Shown: positions 37,291 through 53,707 of the stretch, in pieces | How positions within the stretch are numbered: position 1 is the first letter of the stretch | Layout of the letters: every line of letters begins with the position of its first letter | NCBI RefSeq assembly: GCF_009914755.1 | Contig: NC_060930.1 | Source: the human T2T-CHM13v2.0 reference genome, Homo sapiens | Strand: one strand, 5' to 3' | Length of the DNA stretch: 64,000 bases | Position numbers and translations under genes: made by a program | Notes under the pieces: generated by a model | What the model was told of the DNA's origin: nothing | Databases searched by the model: none | The model's input: only the letters and a program-made list of their open reading frames with translations

Positions 37291-40200
37291 AGAGAACTAT
37301 CTTGCTTTCATTTTATACGGTCAGAAACAAGATATTAAATAAGGAAGTGCTCTCAGAAAGAAAGACCTTTGCATTTAAAAATGTGGTTCATCATTTATAT
37401 TTATTTAGTCACACACCATTTTAAAAAGTGTCATTACTTTTTTATCTGTATGATATATATTATTTTTGGACCTGAACTCACAGTTTGTTAAAATGCAAAG
37501 ATAAATAGAAATCAGAAAGCTCTGAATATTAGTTGTCAAAAATAATAAAATAGTTCACCTCTGAATTTTGATGAGCAAATCAACAAGTTCAGTTTTCCAT
37601 CAAGAAAGAAAAATAGCTGTCTCATTCAAATACATTTTTTAATTTATATTATATTAATATTGCTGTCACAGTGACCATTATGACTTCAAGTAATCTATGT
37701 AAACATCATCTAACAAAATGTACCTGAGAACTGTGTTTCATGCTTACCAATTTATTATTCTGCCTATTTGGAAGTTCTATTATTACTAGCATACATAGTT
37801 TATATACTTCTTCCCTTAGGGAGGAAAAACCTCTCAATTATACTGTTTATTAGCTAAGACAAGAACTCTAGCATTTACCTGAATATAAAGCTTTTGGATA
37901 GAGGAGACATATAGTTTAGTGGGAATTTTGGGCACCTAAGATTTATTGCCAGATATTCTTGTTAACTTATTTGGTCTACAGTGATTGTGAAAGTAGGTTT
38001 TTGAGCCTTGTCCCCTTTGTCATTCCAAAACTGAGATTAAAGCAATGCTCAATTTTACATTTAAGATGAATAAAGTATGATTATAAAATAACACATATAA
38101 AATGACCAAAAATTAATAATTAATTGTCTGATGTGGACCATTCAAGCACATCAGACACCTAACAATTAGGATAGATGAGCATCTTTCATGAAAGGAAAGT
38201 TAGCATCTATATTTTTAAGGAGGCATATGATAATAAGGACTACAGAGCAATTACTTTGAGAGTGCTTCTACTGTCACATTTTAGAAGAGGTTCTAATGCA
38301 AGATTTCTGTTTCATTTCTTATTTTTAATTTTACCAAGAAACTCTTGAATTTGCAATTGTATACCACAAATAAATGCATTAGGTACAAGTGCCTCAATGT
38401 CCTAGGAAATTGATGTCTTAGTTCAAAAGGAAATGCTGTTACAGCTTTATAATTGAGTCATATAATTTCCATGGTTGAGTAGATGTTGGCTTTCACCGGT
38501 CCTTGTCCTTTAAAGTCCACCACCTGACACATCACCACAAAGAACAGGTAATTTATTATTTTTTATTGCCATTAATTTATAGCTTTAAGTTTCAAAGGAG
38601 AATTATAAGTTACCACAATATCTGGAGCTTTTTAAGTTTTGTATTCCCCTTTGACTGCTTAGGATAATCTAAATCACCAGAGATTAGAAAAGAATCATGA
38701 AATAATGTTCAAATTACGGAAAAACAGACTTTAAAAAACAGTATTAAAATGGAGGTAAATTATCTTAGTGGATTATTTATTTCTGACAGATTTGCCTATA
38801 TTGTAGTTAAAGAAATTGGCTTTTTTCCTTGATTTATAATGATTTTATTTATAGAAAAAATATAATGGGACAAATTTTCTTTGGATCTAAAATTTTTCTT
38901 AAAATTCAAAATTCAAATGATAGTTGTGGTATTATAAATTTGGATTCTATTTTATTTAAAATGTTGCCACCTCTGAAAATGGCTTAAAGGCTCTATCACA
39001 AAATGTTTGCTAGTAAAATTAATACAATACAATCTAGCTGTATTAACACAGAGCACCAATCAACTTTACCAAACACTATTTGCAAATAAACATTTGTAAT
39101 CAAGAATTTTGGAGACTTAAAATCCATCTCACTTACACACTAGTTATTGAACTTTGAGGTCCAGAGAAGAAAATAATTTATCAGTTTCCTATCCTGTGAT
39201 GTGAGAATAATAACAGGCATATCATAGAAACTTGTGAGGATTATCCCTCTTACATTCATACGAAAACTAAAGTCTAGAGAGGCTAAGAGATCTTAAGGTA
39301 TCACAAAGAGAAACTTGTAGGTTTAGTATTCAAACTTTATATGCCCTGCTCTAAAATGCTACATTTTCCTTGATAAGCACATAATCACATACAGAGTTTC
39401 AGATTATTTAATTTCTTATTCATAGAAAGAATATGTTGGATGTATAAAACATATTTCTTAGGAATTATTATCTACAAAACGGGTTTTAAAATACTGTTAA
39501 CTCCAATCACTTAACAGTTTGAGTTGTTTTGGATGGTTCACCAGTCCCTATAACTCTTGCAGCTTACTGCCATTTGGGTTTCTCAGACAAAACCACAGCC
39601 TTCTACTCGATTTGAGAATTTTTCTTTTTAACCTGTACACTCGCTAAGAGAATACAATTTGGAATAAGTTGACAGAAATAGCTATAATAGTATATGTAGT
39701 TGCACACTGACTGTTTCAGTCAAGGCACAATCAGGGAAAGAAAGTGTTGCAATTAAGTGAATTCAGATCAAAGATTTGGTTAAGATGGTAAAGAAGGAGC
39801 TGAGGACCAGTCAGAACACAGTAAAGGAACATACATATTAGGAACTGCAGGAAACCATCTAGCACTCCTAGACTGGAGAGAGAAAGGAAAATTGTGGTGT
39901 CACTTGAAGTAGCACCAGTCCCTGAACAGAAGCTGGAGATGGAGACATGGAGGACATGTAGTCACTTTAAGAATACCCTTCAAAAAATCAATGAATCCAG
40001 CAGCTGGTTTTTTGAAAAGATCAACAAAATTGATAGACCACTAGGAAGACTAATAAAGAAGAAAAGAGAGAAGAATCAAATAGACACAATAAAAAATGAT
40101 AAAGGGGATATCACCACCAATCCCACAAATATACAAACTACCGTCAGAGAATACTATAAAAACCTCTATGCAAATAAACCAGAAAACCTAGAAGAAATGG

Positions 40201-40369
40201 ACAAATTCTTCAACACATACACCCTCCCAAGACTAAACCAGGAAGAAGTTGAATCTCTGAATAGACCAATAACAGGCTCTGAAATTGAGGCCATAATTAA
40301 TAGCTTACCAAGAAAAAAAGTCCAGGACCAGATGGATTCACAGCCAAATTCTACCAGAGGTACAAGTAG

Positions 40370-40900
<531 letters not shown>

Positions 40901-40903
40901 TAA

Positions 40904-41467
<564 letters not shown>

Positions 41468-41470
41468 TGA

Positions 41471-41809
<339 letters not shown>

Positions 41810-42346
41810 TAAATGTTAGACCTAAAACCATAAAAACCCTAGAAGAAAACCTGGGCAATACCATTCAGGACATAGGCATGGGCAAGGACTTCATGTCTAA
41901 AACACCAAAAGCAATGACAACAAAAGCCAAAATTGACAAATGGGATCTAATTAAACTAAAGAGCTTCTGCCCAGCAAAAGAAACCACCATCAGAATGAAC
42001 AGGCAACCTACAGAATGGGAGAAAGTTTTTGCAATCTACTCATCTGACAAAGGGCTAATATCCAGAACCTACAATGAACTCCAACAAATTTACAACAAAA
42101 AAACAAACAACCCCATCAAAAAGTGGGCAAAGGATATGAACAGACACTTCTCAAAAAGAAGACATTTATGCAGCCAAAAGACACATGAAAAAATGCTCAT
42201 CATCACTGGCCATCAGAGAAATGCAAATCAAAACCACAATGAGATACCATCTCACACCAGTTAGAATGGCGATCATTAAAAAGTCAGGAAACAACAGGTG
42301 CTGGAGAGGATGTGGAGAAATAGGAACATTTTTACACTGTTGGTGC

Positions 42347-43647
42347 TGTGTCCAGAATTGGTGGGTTCTTGGTCTCACTGACTTCAAGAATGAAGCCACG
42401 GAACCTCGCGGTGAGTGTTACAGTTCTTAAAGGTGGCATGTCTGGAGTTTGTTCCCTCTGATGTTCGGACGTATTCGGAATTTCTTCCTTCTGGTGGGTT
42501 TGTGGTCTTGCTGGCTCAGGAGTGAAGCTGCAGACCTTTGCGGTGAGTGTTACAGCTCATAAAGGCAGTGTGGACCCAAAGAGTGAGCAGCAGCAAGATT
42601 TATTGCAAAGAGTGAAAGAACAAAGCTTCCACAGTGTGGAAGGGGACCCGAGTGGGTTGCCACTGCTGGCTCTGGCAGACTGCTTTTATTCTCTTATCTG
42701 GCCCCACCCACATCCTGCTGATTGGTCCATTTTACAGAGAGCCGACTGCTCCATTTTACAGAGAGCTGATTGGTCCGTTTTGACAGGGTGCTGACTGGTG
42801 CGTTTGCAATCCCTGAGCTAGACACAAAAGTTATCCACCTCCCCACTAGATTAGGTAGATACAGAGTGTTGACGCAAAGGTTCTCCAAGTACCCACCAGA
42901 GTAGCTAGATACAGAGTGTCGATTGGTGCATTCACAAACCCTGAGCTAGACACAGGTTGCTGATTGGTGTGTTTACAAACCTTGAGCTAGATACAGAGTG
43001 CCAATTGGTGTATTTACAATCCCTTAGCTAGACATAAAGGTTCTCCAAGTTGCCACCAAACTCAGGAGCCCAGCTGGCTTCACCCAGTGGATCCCATACT
43101 GGGGCTGCAGGTGGAGTTGCCTACCAGTCCTGCACCATGCACCCTCACTCCTCAGCCCTTGGGTGGTCGATGGGACTGGGCGCTGTGGAGCAGGGGGCGG
43201 CGTTGGTCGGGGCGGCTCGGGCTGCGCAGGAGCCCATGGCAGTGGGGAGGCTCAGGCATGGCGGGCTACAGGTCCCAAGCCCTGCCCTGCAAGGAGGCAG
43301 CTAAGGCCCGGCAAGAAGTCCAGCACAGCAGCTGCTGGCCCAGGTGCTAAGCCCCTCACTGCCCAGTGCCAGCAGGGCTGGCCGGCAGCTCCAAGTGCGG
43401 GACCAGCCAAGCCCATGCCCACCCAGAACTCGTGCTGCAGCCCTGGTTCCCGCCTGCGCCTGTCCCTCCACACCTCCCTGGAAGCTGATAGAGCCGGCTC
43501 CAGCCTCGGCCAGCCCAGGAAGGGGCTCCCACCATGCAGCAGAGGGCTGAAGGGCTCCTCAAGTGCTGCCAAAGTGGGAGCCAAGGCAGAGGAGGCACCA
43601 AGAGCAAGCGAGGGCTGCGAGGGCTGTCAGCACGCTGTCACCTCTCA
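42347..43647 (-). mobile_element. LTR12 (ERV9) solo LTR, 1301 bp (LTR12C/D/E group)
   Basis: Minus strand TGAGAGGTGACAGCGTGCTG...CCAATTCTGGACACA with tandem CCAAT-containing repeats; 4-bp TSD GTGC/GTGG (one mismatch). L1 sequence resumes exactly on both sides. Confidence 0.95.
42650..43030 (-). promoter_or_regulatory. LTR12 U3 promoter (NF-Y CCAAT boxes, GATA, AATAAAA TATA-like box)
   Basis: CCAAT at about 42721, 42769, 42922, 42963 and 43004; AGATAAG at 42699-42693; AATAAAA at 42690-42684. The TSS is expected near 42660, firing toward lower coordinates. Confidence 0.7.
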
Positions 43648-45154
43648 GTGGGACTGTAAACTAGTTCAACCATTGTGGAAGTCAGTGTGGCGATTCCTCA
43701 GGGATCTAGAACTAGAATTACCATTTGACCCAGCAATTACATTACTGGGTATATACCCAAAGGATTATAAATCATGCTGCTATAAAGACACATGAAAACG
43801 TATGTTTATTGCGGCACTATTCACAGTAGCAAAGACTTAGAACCAACCCAAATGTCCAACAATGGTAGACTGGATTAAGAAAATGTGACACATATACACC
43901 ATGGAATGCTATTCAGTCATAAAAAAGGATGAGTTCATGTGCTTCGTGGGGACATGGATGAAGCAGGAAACCATCATTCTCAGCAAACAATCACAAGGAC
44001 AAAAAACCAAACACCGCATGTTCTCACTCATAGGTGGGAATTGAACAATGAGAACACATGGACACAGGAAGGGGAACATCACACACTGGGGCCTGTTGTG
44101 GGGTGTGGGGAGGGGGGAGGAGTAGCATTAGGAGATATACCTAATGTTAAATGACGAGTTAATGGGTGCAGCACACCAACATGGCACATGTATACATATG
44201 TAACAAACCTGCACGTTGTGCACATGTACCCTAAAACTTAAAGTATAATAAAAAAAAAAGAAAGAATAGCTGCTAAGGCAGAGTAAGAGGAGAAACATCT
44301 GAGCTCCTTCCTCCCAACTGTTGCCCATCTCTAGAGGCTGACTCAGCTGGAATTCAGGTAATGTGGGATCCAAGGAACAGCGTCTACAGTGCTCAGCCTT
44401 CTTAATATATGATCATTACTCTACAAGCTATGGCATGTTTGATTTGAGAAGCACTCAAATCACCTTATTCATTTTATCAAATTCGGTTCTTTCTTCTGAC
44501 TAAGTACTAGGTACTCAATAGCTACAAAAACTATCCTCCAAAGGCAGAAACAGCATCTTACACTTAGTTATTGGGGATAACCATGATAATATTCCCTCAA
44601 AGCAGATTCTCACACACAGATACTCATCCACTCAGTACGTAAAACCTGACCTTCACTCTGCCTCACCGTATCATAAGCAAAGGATCTCAAGTGAAGAAAC
44701 AAAAACTGACATGTTCCTGGAAGATGCCAATGGTACTGCTATAATTATTTGTCAAAGAATGCAACTAATATTTTTAGAATTTGTCCATGTCATGATTCTC
44801 AATTTTTTAGTTGATTTTTGTGTCACGTTTCTTTTTCTATCACAATTTTAATAATAAGCAGCCCTTCCAACCACCTCCACAGGAGGAAGATTAACTGTGA
44901 GATGGTTAAGGAAAGGCAATGCTAATCAATGATGTGGCCAATTCTTTCTGCAACAGTTATACACATTGTTATATTCCGGGATAAACTTCTCCTGCCCACT
45001 CATAAATTTTTATTTCCTTCTCCTCTGGTTTTATGGTTAAATTAATGAAAAATAAAACTTTTCAGAAGGTAGCTGACTCTTCATGTGATTTCAAACTTAC
45101 CAACAGGAAATATCCAATATACACTCCTTACGCCTTCCTACAGCACATGAAATC

Positions 45155-46395
<1,241 letters not shown>

Positions 46396-46526
46396 TGAAC
46401 TGGCCAGAAACAGAAATTCCTCAAGTGCTTAGCAGAAAAGCCTAGCTATAGTAGCTTCACACTTTTTCTATTTTTAGGCAATTACAAATATATTTTGAAT
46501 TTGGAAAATAACATATAATTTAAATG

Positions 46527-46648
46527 ATATACACACGCATATATACACACACATATATACACATATATGTATATACATATATGTGTATATACATATATAC
46601 ACACATATATACATATATACACACATATATATATATACATATATATAT
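46527..46648. repeat. (TA)n/(CATA)n compound microsatellite
   Basis: Read directly from the sequence. Confidence 0.9.
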
Positions 46649-46958
46649 GCAGTAACTTCCTAATAAGTTTATTTAAATTTATCTGATTTTAGGTGAATAA
46701 AAAATAAAGGTTTGGAGAGTACCTTTTTAAATGTCAGAGGAATCCAACAACCAATTGTACAAGTGAGGGGCAGAAGGAGTCTTTGATTTGAGGATACCTA
46801 GTAGCTGTTGTTGCACATCTGATCACTTTGCCTATTCTTCTTACTACCTGGGTGTCAAATCAATTCAGAAAAATAATCTGGAAACTGTAAACCAAAAATA
46901 AAATTCTAAGCACCCCCAATCAACTGAAGAGACCCCTCATCTCAGCCAAGTGCATTCT

Positions 46959-47489
46959 TTTTTTTTTTTTTTTTGAGATGGAGTCCTGCTGTGTTGCCCA
47001 GGCTAGAGTGCAGTGGTGCAATCTTGACTCACTGCAACCTCTGCCTCCTGGGTTCAAGCTATTCTCCTGACTCAGCCTCCTGAGTACCAAGGACCACAAG
47101 CACCCGCCACCATGCCCAGCTGATTTTTGTATTTTTAGTAGAGACAGGGTTTCGCTAAAACTAGTGAAAAGCATTTTCCTTTATAGAAAAAATTTTCACA
47201 CACTAACTTCCACAGTGGTTGAACTAGTTTACAGTCCCACCAACAGTGTAAAAGTGTTCCTATTTCTCCACATCCTCTCCAGCACCTGTTGTTTCCTGAC
47301 TTTTTAATGATCGCCATTCTAACTGATATGAGATGGTATCTCATTGTGGTTTTGATATGCATTTAGCTATCGATGACAAATCCACAGCGATATTGGGCAG
47401 GCTGGTCTCAAACTCCTGACTTCACGTGATTCACCCACCTTGGCCTCCCAAAGCACTGAGATTACAGGCATGAGCCACTGCACATGGCC
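46959..47489 (-). mobile_element. AluS interrupted by a 233-bp foreign insertion at 47156-47388
   Basis: 17-bp TSD tcagccaagtgcattct at 46942-46958 and 47491-47507. The Alu breaks at agggtttcgc| and resumes at |gatattgggcaggctgg. Confidence 0.93.
47199..47388 (+). repeat. Dispersed local copy of 45730-45919 (L1 inversion junction)
   Basis: 47236-47388 is identical to 45767-45919 (153 nt, offset 1469); the first 37 nt differ at 6 positions. Confidence 0.95.
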
Positions 47490-48052
47490 ATCAGCCAAGT
47501 GCATTCTAAAGTAAACCAGAAACCCTAGTTCAGGCCATGATAGGAATAGGTGGTCAGACATGCCTCATTATACCTCCCTCCTGTTGGATTAATTTGGGCA
47601 CAGCTGGCCAGCATTAACACTAAAACAGAAACCTTAAGACGGACAGAACAGACTCTTTGTAGCAATAAGATACCTACATGACAGCAGGTTCTGAAAGAAA
47701 TTGAAGTATTAATATTTTACTCCCAAACATATTTATTTGACATATTTTGAAATGGCCCCGCAAAGCTGTCTCTTGTCGGGGAAAATCTACATTCTGTAGA
47801 GAATCCTTTTCCCTTTCCAGGTGTTTTTACTGATCCGGAGTGAATTAACAAAGAGTCTGGCACCTGTTAAAGTTTGACAAGAAACATTTACAATGTCTTC
47901 TCTCCGAAGCCTGCTACCTGGAGCCTTCATCTGCATAATAAGAACCCGGGTCTCTAAAACCCCTGATCTTAACCCAGACAGTCCCTTCTGTTGATTCCTG
48001 ATCTTTAGATGCACTCTTTCAACTAATTGCCAATTAGAAAATCTTTGAATTT

Positions 48053-48409
<357 letters not shown>

Positions 48410-49979
48410 CTACCCACTTCAAGTTGTCCCGACTTTCTGTACAGATTCAATCAATGTACATCTTGCATGTATTGATTGATGTCTTATGTCTCCCTAAAAT
48501 GTATAAAACCAAGCTGTAGCCCAACCACCTTGGGCACATGTTCTCAGGATCTCACGGAGCTGTGTCATGGGGCCAAGGTCACTTGTATTTTGCTCAGAAT
48601 AAATCTCCAAATATTTTACAGAGTTTGACTCTTTTTGTCAACAAAATGTAAAGCATTAAAAGAAATTAGCCAGCAATATACTTAATTATCATGAGCATAG
48701 TAAGCGATTTTAGTTTTCCTTTCATCACTTATTAATATCTTACATCAAATTTATTTTTACACTGACAGGATTATATCCCTTCTTTAAAGCTTTCTATTTA
48801 TAGTATGCAATGTAATATGGAGGTTACTACCTACTTCAAGCATAGAAGGCCCATCCTTTATACTCCACAGGCTTGTAGCACATTTATATCTGAGAATTAC
48901 TAGTGAAAAGCTTCCTTTAACAGTTTTAGAAATGAAAATCAAGAACATCTGTGACTTTTGTTTGACCCCCCCCCCCCCATAGGCAGTTACAAGGCAAATG
49001 TGCATACTCCTCTAGCAATCACTATAGCAACAAGCAAGTAATTGCTTTAAATAGCATAAGGTGCCTTTGCTGAAATCATTTCAAGTATCCTGAGTTAACT
49101 CTGTGTCAACAAAGCACTCATAGGTCTTGGATTCTTTAATGGGGGTTCTTTTAAAAAAGAAAATTACAGCTTTGTAATTGGTCATTTAAAATTTCAGAAA
49201 AATGTAGATACACCAAAGAAAATGTATTCTCCAACTATGAAGAAATAATTGGCAAAATAGTATCATTTTCATATTCCTAATAATTTTTCCTATACATATA
49301 CTGTATGTGTTTATTTATATTTCTTATTTCTTACTATAAGACTTTAAGCCAGTGCTTGTGTTACCTGTTTTCATTGCCTTCTTACAATTATCTTATACAG
49401 ATATATTATAAAATAAACTCACTTTTAAAATATTTTCTGTGATAAGATTATGAAATGGCATCCAAAGGGAATCACACGCAGGATTTTTTATTTTATTTCT
49501 GAAAAATATTTGTAGGTTCAATTTAATTATCATATATTGAAAGGTGCTTAGTGCTTTTTTGCATCAGACAAGGTGAAAAATTCAACTTTCAAATGGCTAT
49601 AGTCCCTGGCTTCTTATTTTCATCTTAGCAAAATAAAACAACACCCTACTTATGAATTGAAATTGTAATGCCATTCCATTTTCTGCTATACCATAGAAAT
49701 AACTCTAAATACTAAAATGTATAAAGTGGAAAATGCTGATAGTATTCCAATTTGTTTCATTTTCAATTTGAAGAAAAAGGATATGTGTCTCCTGGGGTGA
49801 AGAAATGAGTCAATTAGGTATAGAAGAAGGGGCATGACTATATCAAGCTTACACTAAAAATGCTGAATAACAATGACAAATTAGATAATTATTAATAAGT
49901 AGATAATTCCAACCCTAAAAAACAAAAGACCTTGCATGGTTAATATACAAATGACTTTTAGAAACATAAACATAAATGG

Positions 49980-51058
49980 AAGCCAAGGAAACAATCAACT
50001 GAGTGAAGAAACAACTTGTGGAATAGGAAAAAATATTTGCAAATCATATTTTCAATAAGGGATTGTTATTGAAAATGCATAAGAAACTTGAATAATTTAA
50101 CAATAAGGAAACAAATGACCCAATCAAAAAATGGGAAAGATCTGAATAGACATTTCTCAAAAGAAGACATACAAATGGACAATATATGAAAAAATGTTTA
50201 ATGCCACTATTCTTCAGAAAAATGAAAATTAAAACCACTCCTCAGCTCCTCACAGCTGTTAGAATGGCTACTATCAAAAAGACAAAAAGTAGCAAGTGTT
50301 GGAGAGAATGTGGAGAACAGGGAATCCTTGGACATTATTAATGAGAATGTAAACAATTATAGGCATTATAAAAATATGGAAATTCCTCAAAAAATTAAAA
50401 ATAGCACTACCATATGCTCCAGCAATCCCTCTACAAAGTATATATCCAAAGGAAAGGAAATCAGTACGTCAAAAAGATATACTTCCTTTCATGTTTACTG
50501 CAACACTACTCACAATAGACAAGATATGGAATCAACCTAGGTGTCCATTAACAGATGAATGGATAAACAGTCATATAAATATGTATATCTAGTATAAACA
50601 CACACCACTTATAAAGAAGGGAAATCCTATTATTTCCTACAACATGGATGAACCTGGAGGACACTATGTTAAGTGAAATTAGGCACAGAAAGACAGATAT
50701 CACACAGTTTTACTTATATTTTGAATCTTTGAAGGGGTAGAGAGGAGAAAGGTGGTTATCAGGGAATTAATGGGGGGGTAGAGAAGTGAGGAGATGTTGG
50801 ACAAAGGATACCAAATTTAATTCATGTAGAAGAAATAAAGATACCTAATGTATGACACAGCGACTATAGTTAATGCATTGTATTCTTGAAAATTGCTAAG
50901 AGAGATTATTTTGAGTGTTATTACCACAAAAAATGTGAGGTAATGCATGTGTTAATTATCTTGACTAAGCCATTCCACAATGTAGAAATATTTCAAACTA
51001 CATCATGTTGTACACAACAAAAATAAACAATTTGTAATATAAAAAATAAATTTAAAAA
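49980..51058 (+). mobile_element. L1MA-type 3' region
   Basis: ORF2 end (gaatagacatttctcaaaagaagacatacaaatgg) and 3'UTR (atgtgaggtaatgcatgtgttaatt..gccattccacaatg). Confidence 0.85.
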
Positions 51059-51059
51059 A

Positions 51060-52075
51060 TATATGTACAAAAAGGAAATACAGATGGCAAATATGCATGT
51101 GAAAAGATAGTCAAAGTTATTATAATAATGAAAATGATCAAATCAGGGTAATTGGGATATGCTAGGAACATTTAAATCACACATTACATGAATGTATTAA
51201 ATTATCACATGTATATTGAAAATATGTACACCTATTATATCATTTCTTCTGAAAGTGAAATCTAAAATACTGTACACACCACAAGGATAGCAAAAATTAA
51301 AACAAGAACAAAAGCAGACATTAAAAACTGCTGAAAAGTAAAATCTAAAATAATACTGAAAACACCACTAGAATAGCAAAAATTAAAAGAACAAAAACAG
51401 ACAATAAAAAGTGCTGACAAGGATGTAGAGAAGCCAGAACTCTCACATAATGCTAGTGAGAATGCAATGGTACAGTCATTTTGGAAGACAATTTAAAAGT
51501 TTCTTTTGTATTCAAACATACACTTACCAACAACTGATAAATTTTACTTTTGTATTTACTCATGATAAATAAAAATATTTGTCTTCACAGAGACGTATGC
51601 ATAAATGTTTATAGCAATGTTATTCAAAATTGACGAGAACTGAAACTAAATTTTTATTATGTGGAGAATAGATTAAAAATTAAGGTATATTCAGACAATA
51701 GAATATTATTTAACAATCAAAATGAATGAACTATGGGTACATGCAGCAGTAAAGATAATTCTCAGAAGCAATGTGGTAAGTGAAGGAAGCTAGACACAGA
51801 GGGTCTGTGGTGTATCGTCCCATGTACATGATATTTGAGGAGAGAAAAGCCTATCAGGATAAAAATACTATCAGTGGTTTCTGAGGGTCCAGAGTTTGAG
51901 TGGGGGTTATTGACTACACAAAGGCATGAGGGAACTTTTTCAGAAAATGGACATATTCTATATTTTGATTATATGTAAACTATACATCTATCTAAATTAA
52001 TCAAATTATATATATACAAGGGTTGAATTATACTGTATAAACTTATATCTCAATAAACTTAATTTTAGAAAACTT
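51060..52075 (+). mobile_element. Older L1M (L1MD/ME-type) 3' region with an approximately 82-bp tandem duplication
   Basis: gtgctgacaaggatgtagagaagccagaactctcac..aaacttatatctcaataaac; 51249-51330 is repeated at 51331-51417. Confidence 0.75.
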
Positions 52076-52611
52076 CTCAGGAAGATAAAGGAGGAAATAA
52101 TATCCATGAAACAAGAACAAGGCACTGAGGAACAAGAATAGGCAGCTGTGAAACAGAGGTGAGGGAGAAGAAATATTTGAAGTAAAATTTACAAAACCTT
52201 TTCAGAATTGGAGACATAGATCTTCATATTGGCCTGTTATCACTGAAAACCAAGGACAATTAAAACTAAATAGATAAAAAGAATCACTGTAGTAAAATAG
52301 CAGAACCTGAAGAATAAAAATACATTTTTCAATATGACTGTTAACAAAGAGAGGTAATATTGACAATTTTACATTAATGTTACTTAGAAAAGGAATATTT
52401 TCTAAGTTAAGAGAAAAAGTAACTACAATATGCAATTATTTGTTCCACTAAGCTGACAATAAGTAGAAAAATAACAATACCTTTTTAAGTACATAAAACA
52501 ATTTTACTATCAAATGGATTTTTCTAAAACAACTCCTAAAGAATTCAGTTTGCCTAGAAGAGAAATACAAATAGAAGTAGTGAAGTTGATACCAGAAGCA
52601 AGATTTGGAAA

Positions 52612-52630
52612 ACACACACAGATACACACA

Positions 52631-52674
<44 letters not shown>
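52612..52674. repeat. (CA)n microsatellite
   Basis: Read directly from the sequence; two interruptions. Confidence 0.95.
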
Positions 52675-52675
<1 letters not shown>

Positions 52676-53158
52676 TTTATTAAATAAATGAATATCAAGA
52701 TCTCAGGATGAGTTTAGGAAAGCTTGGAAAATTTGTGATTACAAGTTTGGTGACTGGGCATATTTGTATATTTTTAAACTCCATTCAAGATTTATTTGGT
52801 TCTTTTCAATGTTAAAATATATGAAAACTACTTCATTCTCCAAAACATGTTATTTTTGATATTCTAAGAGAAAATTACTGAATTGTCAATCTTATTTCCC
52901 AAGTAAGATTCTTTTTTCTTTTCTTTAAAGTAATGGTGTTGGTTATTTTCAATTACAATAATGTTGTATGGTCTAGTCATTCTAGAAATATATTTTTAAA
53001 AAGGTTAAAAACAGAGCAAATTATAATCACCTTCATAAAATAAACCACAGTGATATATGGACAAATATAAAAATGTATTAACTATTAACTTTATTACTAA
53101 AAGTTTAACGGTAAATTATATAAATTTGACATTATAGGAAAGAAGCAGTAATTTATTA

Positions 53159-53381
53159 TAGGGGTCAGCAAACAATGGCCTATGGGCTAAATCTAGCCTG
53201 CTTCCAATCTCGGTCAATAAAGTTTTGTCAGAACACAATCAGATTCATTTATTTTTGTATTGTCCATGGCTGCTTTCATACTACAATGTATGTCAGAACT
53301 GAGTAGTTTCAACAGAAACATTCTGGTTTGCAAATCCTAAAACATTTACTATCTGTTCTTTTACAGACCTGTCAGCCTCTG
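53159..53381 (+). mobile_element. MER58A (hAT-Charlie)
   Basis: aggggtcagcaaacaatggcctatgggctaaatctagcctgc..taaaacatttactatctgttcttttacaga. Confidence 0.85.
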
Positions 53382-53707
53382 CACTGCTCATATAGGCACC
53401 ATAGGAACATTTGTGATACTACAGACACTTTCAACTAACTTAAAAAGAGAAAGGTGCCCTTTCTTTTTAGTAGTATAGGATAAAAGGAAAGAATTCTCTT
53501 TAACTTTTGAACTGGCAATGATAGAATTTAAGAGATGCAACCCTGAAAACTAAAATTGTACATTGGTTGAATAAAATATTTTCTAAATATGTATTTTTAT
53601 ACTTCAATTTAAGATTGTTGCTCTGACTAAATATTTTTATAATATTTTAATCATGAGCATTCTGCTTTACAAAACCATTTCTTAAAAATACTCTTATACT
53701 TTTGCTG

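Noticed and set aside
42780-43050. Regularly spaced repeats resembling an array
   Set aside because: Known LTR12 enhancer tandem repeats; the DNA is eukaryotic and this is not a CRISPR array.
43050-43795. GC-rich ORFs up to 210 aa and CpG-island-like composition
   Set aside because: They lie essentially within the LTR12 U3 region (the longest runs into L1); open frames reflect GC content.
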